Source: Candidatus Zixiibacteriota bacterium (GTDB taxonomy: Bacteria > Zixibacteria > MSB-5A5 > JAABVY01 > JAHJOQ01). Taken from it: 48,281 nt of DNA. Positions 18,871 to 28,738 of this stretch are shown one piece after another; positions within the stretch are counted from its first letter, which is position 1; each line of letters opens with the position of its first letter. The stretch is from contig JAGVNY010000140.1 in the NCBI GenBank assembly GCA_020053015.1, forward strand, positions 1 to 48,281, read 5' to 3'. The notes beneath the pieces are model-generated. The model searched no databases. It was not told the origin of the DNA and was given only the letters and a program-made list of their open reading frames with translations. The position numbers were made by a program, and so were the translations under genes.

Positions 18871-19353
18871 CTATTTCTTCGTTGTTTGGATGGATTCCTT
18901 CTTGATCTTCTCTTGCAGTTTCACGATGCCATCGATAAGCTGTTCCGGTCTCGGAGGGCAGCCGGGAACATAGACGTCAACCGGGAGTATCTTGTCAACT
19001 CCCTGCAGGATTGCATAGTTGTTGAACACACCACCGGTCGATGCACAGGCTCCCATAGCGATCACCCACTTCGGAGAGGGCATCTGATCGTAGAGGAGTT
19101 TGATGATCGGCGCCATCTTGTTGGACACGCGACCGGAGATTATGATGAGGTCTGCCTGTCTCGGGGACGGGCGCATTACTTCCATGCCAAATCTTGCGAG
19201 ATCGAATCGTGGTCCGAATGTCGACATCATTTCGATCGCACAGCATGCGAGACCGAATCCGAGAGGCCACAGGGAATTCTTACGTCCCCAATTGACCATC
19301 TTGTCGACGGTCGTCAGAAGTATACCCTCCGGGATCTTTTCCTCTAATCCCAC
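18871..19353 (-). CDS. nuoB: NADH-quinone oxidoreductase subunit B
   Basis: [30 protein letters not shown]. Confidence 0.97.
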   Translation of the reverse strand: MGLEEKIPEGILLTTVDKMVNWGRKNSLWPLGFGLACCAIEMMSTFGPRFDLARFGMEVMRPSPRQADLIIISGRVSNKMAPIIKLLYDQMPSPKWVIAMGACASTGGVFNNYAILQGVDKILPVDVYVPGCPPRPEQLIDGIVKLQEKIKKESIQTTKK

Positions 19354-19703
19354 TTCAGCGCCCCTCGTTTTAATATGTAGATGTAGCCGACGACCAGTAT
19401 GCCGATGAATACGAGCATCTCAATGAATCCGAAAAGCGCGAGCTTCCTGTAGACGACAGCCCAAGGGTACATAAAGACAACTTCGATATCAAAGACGATG
19501 AACAGGATTGCGATCAGGTAGAACTTGATCGGAAATCTCTCCTTGGTCGTGCCGACTGGCTCGATTCCGCACTCATAAGGTGTGTCCATATACTGGGAGT
19601 CAGTTGTCTTCCTTCCAAGGAACTTGGACAGAAGATACAGACCACCACCGGCAGCTGTCGACACGCACAAAAGCAAGAAGATCGGGAGATATGTCTCAAG
19701 CAC
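19344..19703 (-). CDS. nuoA: NADH-quinone oxidoreductase subunit A
   Basis: PYECGI and [21 protein letters not shown]; start moved to GTG 19703 because GGAG lies upstream and the longer ORF start overlaps the promoter. Confidence 0.95.
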   Translation of the reverse strand: MLETYLPIFLLLCVSTAAGGGLYLLSKFLGRKTTDSQYMDTPYECGIEPVGTTKERFPIKFYLIAILFIVFDIEVVFMYPWAVVYRKLALFGFIEMLVFIGILVVGYIYILKRGALKWD

Positions 19704-19741
19704 CAACTTCTCCGAATCAGCCCCCGCCGAGATTAGCGGGG

Positions 19742-19770
19742 AATCTACCAATGGTACGAGGGGGTGTCAA
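19742..19770 (-). promoter_or_regulatory. sigma70 promoter of the nuo operon
   Basis: Minus strand TTGACA-N17-TAGATT, about 40 nt upstream of the nuoA start. Confidence 0.65.
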
Positions 19771-19870
19771 CAAGTATTTGGTGAACGCACGTGCAGCGCA
19801 TGTCGACAAACCGCCTGATTCTCAATCGGGCGGATAGATGGCGGCGCTGTATGCGACTTGGCCCTCGCGT

Positions 19871-21322
19871 CTAACCGAAGATGAACTCGATCAGCGCAAC
19901 AATGTCATCGATGTCGATGAAGAAGTCATTGTTGAAATCACCGGTTTCGAAGATGCCCGGCGCAGGACCTCCTGCAAAGACGTACTCGATAAGAAATACT
20001 ACGTCGTCAATGTCGATGAATCCTGAACCGTCCGCGTCACCCCTAATGAAACTGAACCTTACACGGCTATCGATCTGTTGTAACGACACCAGATTCCACA
20101 TCGGGGGCTCGTCAGAAGCCGCATAGGCGTTCACTTGTCCTCGCGTCTGAAGCCGCTCGAACTGAAACGGGATGGTTGTCTCAGGTGGATGGAGCACGGC
20201 AAACTTGAGCGTAACAAGATGCCCAGATCCTGGTGGGATGGAGTCCATATCGGTTCCGGGATAGAGATTGGGCATCGCTACAAACGCGAAGCCGTCGGTC
20301 GTCTCGACGCCCGGATATATGCCCCACGAAAGAGGAATTCTACTTCCTTCCATAGAGTGCGAAACGAATGTCAATGCAGTAGCGGGATAGCAGAGCCTGA
20401 AAGAAACGGCACCCGCCCAGAGGGAGTTTGAGAAGTAGACAGGTATCAATAGAGTATCCACCGGTGTTCCATCAAAGCCGGTATACCAAATCGAATCGGA
20501 CTGCAGATGCAGTATGGACCTGACCGGGATATAGGGCAGTGGTGGGGCTGGAGCTGTTCCCAAGATCACGTCTTCGAAAACCCGGAGATCGGCAATTGTC
20601 CATGGCATAAGATCTCGGTTGACATCGGAGAGCGCTGACTGGAGATCGTTCTGCGGATAGTCTGCATCTGAAGTGATGGCGAGGATTCTGTTGAGAGTCC
20701 AGACGTAGTCAGCGACCTCCCATCCAATGCCGCTGAGATTAACGTCACCTGCATTCCACGGGTCAATCACCGGAAGTGAATCGATCGGGAAGAATATGGA
20801 GCCTTGAATCACATCAGGGACATGGAAATGCAGACCATCCGGCTCGGATGTCTCGTTACGTCTCCCCGGCTGCTCGTCGAAGAAGATGAGCGGAGCCAAT
20901 GAGCCCTTTCGAATACTGGGGTTTGTATTCACGAGCAATCTCGTCATCGGCCCGTCGCCCGGTGATACGGAGTGCATTATGCTGAACACTACGACACCTG
21001 TGACGAGATCGGGTGTAGGCTGCTCGAAGCTGGATACGAACGTCGGAATCCCCTCGCATCGTGTTCCATCAAGTGTGAAGCCGCTCAGGTTGAGAGCCGA
21101 TCTCTCATGCCTGAGTATGAGACTGAATCCGCCGACGTCATAGAGCGAGTTAATTGAGAAGATGATTGTATCGCTCATTCCCGGAACGGCCGTTGAGTGA
21201 CTCAGGTAGAACAACGTCGAATCGGAGAGGAACTGGCCAGTTGCAGCGCCTGGGAACAGCACGATACACAGCGCAGCAGTGGCTACCTTGCAAAGACAAT
21301 TCTTTAGGCCCGAAAAGCACAT
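19871..21322 (-). CDS. Secreted cohesin-like / dockerin-like multi-module protein (scaffoldin-like)
   Basis: Signal peptide; cohesin-like 1 (AVPGMSDTIIFSINSLYDVGGFSLIL...LDGTR); internal atypical dockerin (GDVNLSGIGWEVAD...SDVNRDLMPWTIAD); cohesin-like 2 (DTLLIPVYFSN...AVSFRLCY...GSR...IPPGSGHLVTLKF); C-terminal DIDD dockerin. Confidence 0.7.
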   Translation of the reverse strand: MCFSGLKNCLCKVATAALCIVLFPGAATGQFLSDSTLFYLSHSTAVPGMSDTIIFSINSLYDVGGFSLILRHERSALNLSGFTLDGTRCEGIPTFVSSFEQPTPDLVTGVVVFSIMHSVSPGDGPMTRLLVNTNPSIRKGSLAPLIFFDEQPGRRNETSEPDGLHFHVPDVIQGSIFFPIDSLPVIDPWNAGDVNLSGIGWEVADYVWTLNRILAITSDADYPQNDLQSALSDVNRDLMPWTIADLRVFEDVILGTAPAPPLPYIPVRSILHLQSDSIWYTGFDGTPVDTLLIPVYFSNSLWAGAVSFRLCYPATALTFVSHSMEGSRIPLSWGIYPGVETTDGFAFVAMPNLYPGTDMDSIPPGSGHLVTLKFAVLHPPETTIPFQFERLQTRGQVNAYAASDEPPMWNLVSLQQIDSRVRFSFIRGDADGSGFIDIDDVVFLIEYVFAGGPAPGIFETGDFNNDFFIDIDDIVALIEFIFG

Positions 21323-21472
21323 TTCAACTCCTCCTGGAACTCTGACTGTCTAACTGTAATCAGACCATTCGAGACAAACGTGCGGAAGCGTCTCAACAGT
21401 ACCGTATAAGTCATAATAATGCAGTTTTGCAGGTTGTCAATATGGTTTCTGATTTGAGACGTTGCGCTTTTG

Positions 21473-22819
21473 TCATGTATGCTGAGGATCGTCCGCGATG
21501 TGGACAATCCGAGGTATCCGCAAGTAGACGACCAGTCCGAGAAACATCAGACCGGCCAGCGCGATCACTGCAAGTCGGTACTGAATCGTCGCCGACGTAG
21601 TAACGGAAATCGACAGTCCTAAGGCATCAAGGAACCAGAGGGCAGCCCGCCCCATATGGCTTGACTCAGTCCACCACATCGTAATAGATCCCCAGACAAG
21701 CGGACCGATGATGGCTGCTGTTCGTCCGGATAGGCTATAAAGCCCGTAGAAGAGACCGAGCTTCGATTCTGGTGCCAGCGTGTTCAGCAGCGGCCGTGAA
21801 ATTGACCATGTCGAACCAAGTAGTATTCCGAAGACGGAACCGATCACCCAGAAGACGGTGACACTTGTCGTGAAACTCGCTGTGATCAGAAGAACCACCC
21901 ATGAGAACACCACTATTCTCAGCGCCCGATAATGCCCGATCCTGTCGGATAGTCTGCCGGACACGATTGATCCCCCTACCGCTGAGACAGTAGAGACGAT
22001 GAAGAGTGTGACCTTGACATCGTCGGGCAGACCCATCACTTTCTGCGCATAGACTGCCATGAAGATGATGAGCGTGGCGATGGCGTCCTCAAACATGAAA
22101 TCCGCGACCAAGAATGTGAACGCTGCTCGATGTGAGGCAGCCTCCTTAAGACTCTGGCGAAGTGTCGAGCGGCGATAGACACCGGTAGCCGGTGTCACGG
22201 AGTGTTTCTCTCGAAGGAACGCAACTGTCGGGATGAAGAACACGAGGAACAGAATTGCTGTCGGAAAGAACGCCGAAGGTCGGCCAGCCGGAAGAAAGGC
22301 GAATCCGTGATTCACGATAGGCTGGACGAGCAGCAGTCCTGCTATGGAGCCAACGTACCCGATCCCTACACCGAGCCCTGATATCGCACCTGCATTCGCA
22401 GGGGTCGAAACAGACGGTAGCAGCGCGTTGTAGAAGACGAGACCTCCTTCGAAGAAGTAGTTGGCTGCTGCCACGCAAACGAGCCCCATCACTGCAGCCA
22501 TCACCGGGTCATCAACAGCGAGCGATGCGATTCCCATCACTGTTGTAGTCAGAATGCAGCCGACGGTGAATCCCACGAGCAGACCTTTTTTGTTGCCCAA
22601 ATAATCAGATCGATCTCCGAGAACCGGAAGAGTGAGAGCCACCAGCGCCATCGAGCCGGAGTACGCAATGCTGTAATAAATGTCGGGGCACTCCAGATCC
22701 ACGATTATCCACTGAGCAAAGTACATTGTAAGAATGTTCATGGAGAAGATCGTATTGGCGAAGTCGTAGCCTAGCCATCCGATGAGCGAAAGTCGATTCT
22801 GTGCTCGCTCAGAGACCAT
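21473..22819 (-). CDS. MFS transporter (UMF1/Atg22-like)
   Basis: GWLGYDFANT, FYNALLPSV, GVGIGYVG, FYGLYSLSGRTAAIIGP; about 12 TM segments. Confidence 0.88.
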   Translation of the reverse strand: MVSERAQNRLSLIGWLGYDFANTIFSMNILTMYFAQWIIVDLECPDIYYSIAYSGSMALVALTLPVLGDRSDYLGNKKGLLVGFTVGCILTTTVMGIASLAVDDPVMAAVMGLVCVAAANYFFEGGLVFYNALLPSVSTPANAGAISGLGVGIGYVGSIAGLLLVQPIVNHGFAFLPAGRPSAFFPTAILFLVFFIPTVAFLREKHSVTPATGVYRRSTLRQSLKEAASHRAAFTFLVADFMFEDAIATLIIFMAVYAQKVMGLPDDVKVTLFIVSTVSAVGGSIVSGRLSDRIGHYRALRIVVFSWVVLLITASFTTSVTVFWVIGSVFGILLGSTWSISRPLLNTLAPESKLGLFYGLYSLSGRTAAIIGPLVWGSITMWWTESSHMGRAALWFLDALGLSISVTTSATIQYRLAVIALAGLMFLGLVVYLRIPRIVHIADDPQHT

Positions 22820-22825
22820 ACAGGG

Positions 22826-23380
22826 TTATAGACCGAGCTCGCGTGAGATTCGACTCATTCCGTCCAGGGCGAGGCCGAAGAATTGCTCGAGTGAGAGACT
22901 GAGCTTACTGCATGCCGCGATGCCCTCTCGGTCTGCTCCTGCAGCAAATCGTTTTTCTTTGAAGCGGCGAAGCATGTATTCAGGTGAGACGCTTGATAAC
23001 TTCTTGTCAGGATGCATGAGAGTTCCTGCGACAATCAATCCTGTGACCGGATCTGAGCAGAACAGAGCCCAATCGAGCTTGCTCTCGCAGGGGATATGTC
23101 CCGGATGCGCGCGGATAGCATGCATCATCTCGGGCGTCAGCTCCGCGCCGTTGTCTTTGAGCCAGTCTTCAGTCACGAATGTGTGCTTGTCCGGTTGGTC
23201 TGCCGTGACGCTGTAATCGAGATCGTGCAGCAGGCCGACAAGTCCCCAGACCTCTATGTCTTCACCGAGCTCTTCGGCGAGACGAACCATCACGGCCTCG
23301 ACGGCCAGTATGTGCTTGATCAGGTTCTTCTGCTCGACACGATCAAGAACAAGTCTGTATGCTTCATCTCGGGAGATCAA
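22826..23380 (-). CDS. HD/HDIG-domain metal-dependent phosphohydrolase
   Basis: KH...VEAVM, GLLHDLDY, IRAH, CSDPVTGL, and KEKRFAAG motifs. Confidence 0.88.
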   Translation of the reverse strand: MISRDEAYRLVLDRVEQKNLIKHILAVEAVMVRLAEELGEDIEVWGLVGLLHDLDYSVTADQPDKHTFVTEDWLKDNGAELTPEMMHAIRAHPGHIPCESKLDWALFCSDPVTGLIVAGTLMHPDKKLSSVSPEYMLRRFKEKRFAAGADREGIAACSKLSLSLEQFFGLALDGMSRISRELGL

Positions 23381-23390
23381 TGATGCCTCC

Positions 23391-25382
23391 TCAATTCAGG
23401 AACAGCCACCTGATTCCCCACCATACTCGTCTTCGAGACGGATATTCGTAGACGGTCTCGTGGGGTTTGTCAAACACGTTTTCCATTGTATAGAAATAGG
23501 TGAAGTTCTTGAGTTTGATCGATAGTCGAAAATGAACGATGAAGTAAGCGCCAAGATCAACTGGGTTAGCGTAGCTGCTGTAATTGATCGAATGGTACTC
23601 GACCTCGATGCTTGGCCGCACATCGAGTTTCAGTCCGGCGATCCGCTGTTCTGACGACAGGATAGCGTATACATTGTGCCGAGGCATCAGCGAGGCGTTT
23701 CTGTCGGAGCCAGCCTCTGATAGCCTTGCATATGTATATGATGGCGAAAACAGAAGATTGACTGGCAGTCTCACAACTCCGGACGCTGAAAGCGAATAGA
23801 GATTGAAGTTGGAAGCTTCCGAACGATATAGGTGACTGCCGTCAGATTCCCGGTCCTGCCAGACCGCAAGATCGTCAAGCCGTGATGCCCTGGCTGACAC
23901 GATCAGGCTGTCGTCTTCCGTGTGAACCACTATCGCTGCAGATGCTGTCTTTGCAACGACAGGTTTCAGGGATGGATCTCCGCTGTGGGCGTATTCATCG
24001 GCGCCGTCAAAGTCAAAATCGTAGCCGCGTGGCTTGAGGAATCGTGCCATGTCCGACGGCGGTATGTAATCGAGCGAGGCGATTAGGCTCGCCGAGACAT
24101 GATCCGATGCTCGCATTGATGATCCGAGTGTCGCGCCGACTCGCGAAGCATCGCCGTAATCGAACAAGTAGTGCCCAGCGGCAAGGAATCTGACGGGACT
24201 ATCCTCTCTCATCGCAAGACTGCCTTCGACTCTGAACCTTGTGTAGTATACGTAGCCCGGATCAAACGTCACCCTGTTGCGGAGCAGCCGTCCCACCAGA
24301 GCTAGCCTTCCCAGCGGTATTCTGCGAACCAGCTCGGCACTCGCCGACATGCTCTCATGTTGCTGCCGCAAAAACAGGTATGGCGACCGGAGCTTCTCGT
24401 CGAATCGACCGTACGATACCGTAAGTCTTGTCGCGTTCCCCGCACTATCCTCGCTGAGCGCGTCGACGGTTGCCTGGCGGAGTCCAACCTCGCGTTCCGC
24501 CGTGACATCTGTCCAGCGTCCAAGCTGGGCGACGTCGTCATCGCAGCTCATTAGGCGCAAGTCTGAGCGGATTTGCCATTTGTTGTTCAATTTCCAGCGC
24601 AGGTCAAGGTTGTAGTTCTCGCGTTCCTTGCGGGAGGAGTACTTCAGGTAGCCGTTGCTCTGTTCGACGCCGATATTCATTCCCCACGCGAACCTATCCC
24701 CCACTGCCTGTCTGAATATGACATCCGTGTTGGCGAAAGAGTAGTCGCCTTTGAACATCGAGACGTCAGCAAGGGCAGTACTGTCATTAAACGCCGATCG
24801 ATGCGCTGCGACCGAAGCCATAGCGCCTGCCGATCCGTTGCGGCTCACACGCAAAACGTCTCCCTGCTCGAGGCTGAAGAGCCGGTAATCCGCCAATCCC
24901 GTCGGAGGGAACTGGTAGAGATCGTATGAGTCCGGAGAGTCGGGCCTTGTCGCTATCATGTATGAGGGTAGACCGAGGTACGAGAGACTGAATGCTTGAC
25001 CCATTGGCCCAAAGGTCAATCCGTAGAAATCAGTAGACGGTCTCATTGCGTCCCGAAGCGAATAGTGGATTCGCGCCCGATTCCCGCTCAGATCAATCCG
25101 CTCAGCCGACGTTTCGTCGTCGAAGAGAGACAAGTCGTCCATCTCAAAGAACAAGGGGAGCACAACTATCGAGTCGCCATCTGTCTTTTCGGTGTATGTG
25201 GAATCCTGGCTGAACGGAACACCTTTCAGCGAGTCACCAGGTGCATCCTGAGCAGTACCAACTTGCGTTGAGACGAACGGCAGAGTCATCAGCAAGAGAA
25301 GTCGGGCACAGAGAACGCCAGTGCGGTTCGGTCGCAACTTCAGAATCCTGAACGTGCTTTTCTTGGTCGAGATCAAGGACAA
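23391..25382 (-). CDS. Outer-membrane beta-barrel protein (putative porin / degenerate TonB-dependent receptor)
   Basis: Signal-peptide-like N-terminus, plug-like segment GPMGQAFSLSYLG, many alternating amphipathic strands, ENVFD...Y motif and aromatic C-terminal strand WWGIRWLFLN. Start uncertain (TTG 25382 or 25376). Confidence 0.6.
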   Translation of the reverse strand: MSLISTKKSTFRILKLRPNRTGVLCARLLLLMTLPFVSTQVGTAQDAPGDSLKGVPFSQDSTYTEKTDGDSIVVLPLFFEMDDLSLFDDETSAERIDLSGNRARIHYSLRDAMRPSTDFYGLTFGPMGQAFSLSYLGLPSYMIATRPDSPDSYDLYQFPPTGLADYRLFSLEQGDVLRVSRNGSAGAMASVAAHRSAFNDSTALADVSMFKGDYSFANTDVIFRQAVGDRFAWGMNIGVEQSNGYLKYSSRKERENYNLDLRWKLNNKWQIRSDLRLMSCDDDVAQLGRWTDVTAEREVGLRQATVDALSEDSAGNATRLTVSYGRFDEKLRSPYLFLRQQHESMSASAELVRRIPLGRLALVGRLLRNRVTFDPGYVYYTRFRVEGSLAMREDSPVRFLAAGHYLFDYGDASRVGATLGSSMRASDHVSASLIASLDYIPPSDMARFLKPRGYDFDFDGADEYAHSGDPSLKPVVAKTASAAIVVHTEDDSLIVSARASRLDDLAVWQDRESDGSHLYRSEASNFNLYSLSASGVVRLPVNLLFSPSYTYARLSEAGSDRNASLMPRHNVYAILSSEQRIAGLKLDVRPSIEVEYHSINYSSYANPVDLGAYFIVHFRLSIKLKNFTYFYTMENVFDKPHETVYEYPSRRRVWWGIRWLFLN

Positions 25383-25420
25383 GTCTCCTTCGATCGGTTC
25401 AGCAAGAATTTGCCGAGAGA

Positions 25421-25445
25421 TGTCCGGTCGCGATTGGGCCGGACA
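25421..25445. other. Intercistronic hairpin
   Basis: TGTCCGGTC...GGCCGGACA stem between the S-component and barrel genes; no U-tract. Confidence 0.45.
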
Positions 25446-25448
25446 CCG

Positions 25449-25967
25449 CTACGCCAAAGCTCCTTTCAAGAGGCGCAGCGCCGGTAGAAGCACAACGAAG
25501 ATAACGATATTGGATACGACAGTCACCAATGAAGATAGCAACCCGAGTTGAAGTCGCACCCAGAACGGCCCAAACAACCAAGCGTCGACAGCGTCGACCA
25601 GCAGGTGATAGAGAACCGCAGTGATCATTCCAAGCAAACCCATGACCACGTACCGCCCCGCGCTCGGCTTCCCGCCGACAACGATTCGGCTCGTGGCCCC
25701 TCCGACTATACCGGCCAATCCCGCACCGAGCATCTGCGCAGCCATTATGGGAGGAAGTGCGGGTCCGAGAGGATTGAAGAATGAACAGATGAACGTCCCC
25801 ACAATGCCCGTTATGAAACCCCAACCTGGGCCGAGCAACACTCCCGCAGAGTAACAGATGAAGAGAGTAAGAAACACATTGTACAGCGCCAACATAGGTA
25901 GCATGGCGACGTAGCAAAGAGCCGCGAGAATGGCCGAGAGCGCCATCGAATAGAGAGGAGACTTCAT
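25449..25967 (-). CDS. ECF transporter S component
   Basis: About 170 aa with 5-6 TM segments; AxxxA in TM1 (SAILAAL) and GVLLGPGWG...SFFNPLG, typical of S components. Confidence 0.75.
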   Translation of the reverse strand: MKSPLYSMALSAILAALCYVAMLPMLALYNVFLTLFICYSAGVLLGPGWGFITGIVGTFICSFFNPLGPALPPIMAAQMLGAGLAGIVGGATSRIVVGGKPSAGRYVVMGLLGMITAVLYHLLVDAVDAWLFGPFWVRLQLGLLSSLVTVVSNIVIFVVLLPALRLLKGALA

Positions 25968-27898
25968 TCGATTACGGCGATTTTGAAAACCTCTGATTCC
26001 GAGCCCACGCGCACGTAAGCCAGATATAATCCGGAAGCTACCTCCGCGTTGCTCTCATTGCGACCATTCCAATCGATGAAGATGTCCTGCCCAACTCTCG
26101 CAGTTTTGACTGGAATCGTCCGGCCATAGACCTTTTCGCCTGCAACGGTGAATACCTCCAGGTGAATCTCATCCTCGCTTGTCGCATCGGTCTGCACCTT
26201 GAATTTTACGCTGCGGTTTTGGGATAGCGACAGAGGATTCGGAAATGGATCGTGGAAAACCGTCCCTTGCGCGTACTCTGTCGAATCGGGAATGGTCAGG
26301 CGATACTTCACGTCTTGGTGGATGTACTTGTAGTCCGTTTCCGCATAGGGTGCAATGGACAGTATTACTTCGGAGGAAGCTCCGAGTTCCCGGATCGTAA
26401 ACTGCTCGATGTTTGGATGATTGACAGGATCGATCTCAACGGACTTCTCGCCTACCTGAAAATTGACTTTTGCAGCTCGGACATTCCAAACGAAATCGAC
26501 ATCGCCCTGCGTGCGGTGCTGCTCTCCGTCCAGTTGAAATCTCAGCGAATCAAGGCCGACGGGGATAATTCTGACGTAGTTAGCTGCCAGGTAGTCAGGC
26601 CATGACTGGAAATCGTCGTCTCCGGGATAGTAATCGATGCGCGGAAGCGTCTGGAAAGTCTGGATGTACGGCGTGACAGTAGTTCCGTTGTCCCAGTTTT
26701 CTGGAATGACCGGGTAACTGGCTGCTTCACTGTATCCGATGCCGTCGATCGCACGGCTGCCTGTGAAGTAGTTCCAGAGAGCAAACTCCCCGAGCGCACT
26801 CGGGAAGTCCGACCCCCCGTCGGATTCCTCGGCAATGGCATCCTTGAAGGCGTTTTCGAACACATTTGGTCCGTAGATGACTGCGCAGCTGTCCCAAATC
26901 GTTTTCACGATCTGCCTCCCGTATTTCTGCGACAAATAGAGAGGCCATGTTACGGCTGCATACTGGAAGAATTCGCCCGGAGGAGGATCGATGTCGCAAG
27001 TTCTCAAAGACAAGTGTGGGTTGCCGAAGAAGAAGCCGAGATAGCCATAATAGTCGTTTATGGCATCGTAATTCTGTTCTTCCATCCAGACGCTAGACAT
27101 CTCAAGCCAATGCGTTCGAACATCGCCATTGGGAGTGTGCATATTGGACTCATTCGGGTCATAGCCGAACTGAATTGCGTGAAAGAACTCGTGAGCAGCC
27201 GTGACCCTCAGAGCGTCGAGAGGTCTGGTTCTATAAACTGTTATGTTCGCGTAGTCATTGTCGAGAATGATAAAGGACGTGGCTTTCCATTTGGTTCCGA
27301 CCTTGAACAACTCGTCTTCATAGGTTCCGCCGTAAATGTTCTGATATCCCGTAGCCGTGGGGATGTCGAGCACGTACATGTCATACCGGTCATCACCGCC
27401 TGACGTATAGAAGCCATCGGCTGGAGGTGACGTGAATCCGAGCGTATCGACCTCAAAAGCCCAGACCGAATCGAGAATCATGGCCGTTCTGTCAATGTAG
27501 TCTGGTATGCCGTTGCTGTTGTCATCGACATCAGACTGGTACGGGGCATGAGCGCCTTGTTTCGCGTAGTGAACGAGAAACTGTCCTGCGGGCGATCCGA
27601 TGGTGTCAGGACATTGGCTGTTGAATCGCTGCTTGGCAAATGTCTCGTAAAGCTGCTGGGTGTTGAGCGAGGCGTATTGCATCATGTTCTTGATCGTCAG
27701 GAAAGCAGGGGTGCCACACTTCGGCGGCTGAGAGCCGACAATTCCTGCGGCTGCGGACTGAGAAACGTCCGACATGCCGATCCATCCTTCCAGAACGGAT
27801 CTTAGTTGTTCTTCCTTCTCAGGACTGAGGGACTCGGCTCTCGATGCGCAAAACACCGAACAGACAAAGAGACCTGCAAGAACCAGTGAACCTTTCAC
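25964..27898 (-). CDS. Secreted zinc metalloprotease (MXAN_6640-like) with C-terminal FlgD/T9SS-type sorting domain
   Basis: Signal peptide; KCGT; TAAHEFFHAIQFGY...WLEMSSVWMEE; C-terminal PFPNP...VFTVAGEKV...WNGRNESNAEVASGLY...KIAVIE. Confidence 0.85.
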   Translation of the reverse strand: MKGSLVLAGLFVCSVFCASRAESLSPEKEEQLRSVLEGWIGMSDVSQSAAAGIVGSQPPKCGTPAFLTIKNMMQYASLNTQQLYETFAKQRFNSQCPDTIGSPAGQFLVHYAKQGAHAPYQSDVDDNSNGIPDYIDRTAMILDSVWAFEVDTLGFTSPPADGFYTSGGDDRYDMYVLDIPTATGYQNIYGGTYEDELFKVGTKWKATSFIILDNDYANITVYRTRPLDALRVTAAHEFFHAIQFGYDPNESNMHTPNGDVRTHWLEMSSVWMEEQNYDAINDYYGYLGFFFGNPHLSLRTCDIDPPPGEFFQYAAVTWPLYLSQKYGRQIVKTIWDSCAVIYGPNVFENAFKDAIAEESDGGSDFPSALGEFALWNYFTGSRAIDGIGYSEAASYPVIPENWDNGTTVTPYIQTFQTLPRIDYYPGDDDFQSWPDYLAANYVRIIPVGLDSLRFQLDGEQHRTQGDVDFVWNVRAAKVNFQVGEKSVEIDPVNHPNIEQFTIRELGASSEVILSIAPYAETDYKYIHQDVKYRLTIPDSTEYAQGTVFHDPFPNPLSLSQNRSVKFKVQTDATSEDEIHLEVFTVAGEKVYGRTIPVKTARVGQDIFIDWNGRNESNAEVASGLYLAYVRVGSESEVFKIAVIE

Positions 27899-27907
27899 AC
27901 GAACTCC

Positions 27908-28738
27908 TTACGCTGCGTATCTTTCCTTTGCCCTTAGCAGATTCTCATAGCACTCCTTGGGAACGGTTATTCCGCCTATCGATACTTTGTCCGTCTTCCG
28001 GCCATGTGAATCGGATCCGCCGGTGAAGATGATGCCGTACTGCTCAGTGAGTTTCTGGTATTTCAGAGTTGTCCGATTGTCGTGCAATGGATGAATTGCC
28101 TCGATTCCGTCGAGCCCTGATTCAACAAGAGATTGTATCAGATCGTCCCTGCCGAGAGTCCCCGGATGAGCCAGAACCGCGACTCCTTGGGCATCGTGTA
28201 TGAGCCTGATTCCTTCCTCGGGACCGATGTGCTGCTTCGGAACGTACGCCGGAGCATGGTATCCAAGAAACCGGGCAAAGGCCTCATCGAATGATCTGAC
28301 GAATTCCTCCTGCACCAAGGCGTCGGCGACATGAGGCCTGCCGAGCGGTGAGCCACCGGCCACCCGTAGGACTGTCTCCATCGACAGCTCTATTCCCAAC
28401 TCGTTCAGTTTTTCAACTATTCTCTCACCTCTGCTGTGCCTGTCTTTTCGGAATTCCTCGATTCTTCGCACGAATACCGAGTCCTCATGATCTATCAAGT
28501 AGCCCAGAATATGGATTTCCATGCCTTCGCTTGCCGTCGATAGTTCTACAGCCGGCACCACTTCCAGTTCCGAGCCAATTGCTTGACTTCGCGCTTCCTC
28601 GTAACCGGACACCGTGTCATGATCGGCAAGAGCAATGACTCGAAGCCCCATGGCGACAGCTCGCTTGACAACTTCCTCCGGTGACAGAATCCCATCGGAT
28701 CGACTGGAGTGAACGTGCAGGTCTGCGTATCTTCTCAT
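27908..28738 (-). CDS. PHP-domain phosphoesterase (TrpH/YciV-like)
   Basis: DLHVHS..SDG, LADHDT, HILGY, GRPHVA, LAHP, GGSDSHG; start reset to ATG 28738 (ATGA overlap with the ftcD stop). Confidence 0.92.
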   Translation of the reverse strand: MRRYADLHVHSSRSDGILSPEEVVKRAVAMGLRVIALADHDTVSGYEEARSQAIGSELEVVPAVELSTASEGMEIHILGYLIDHEDSVFVRRIEEFRKDRHSRGERIVEKLNELGIELSMETVLRVAGGSPLGRPHVADALVQEEFVRSFDEAFARFLGYHAPAYVPKQHIGPEEGIRLIHDAQGVAVLAHPGTLGRDDLIQSLVESGLDGIEAIHPLHDNRTTLKYQKLTEQYGIIFTGGSDSHGRKTDKVSIGGITVPKECYENLLRAKERYAA

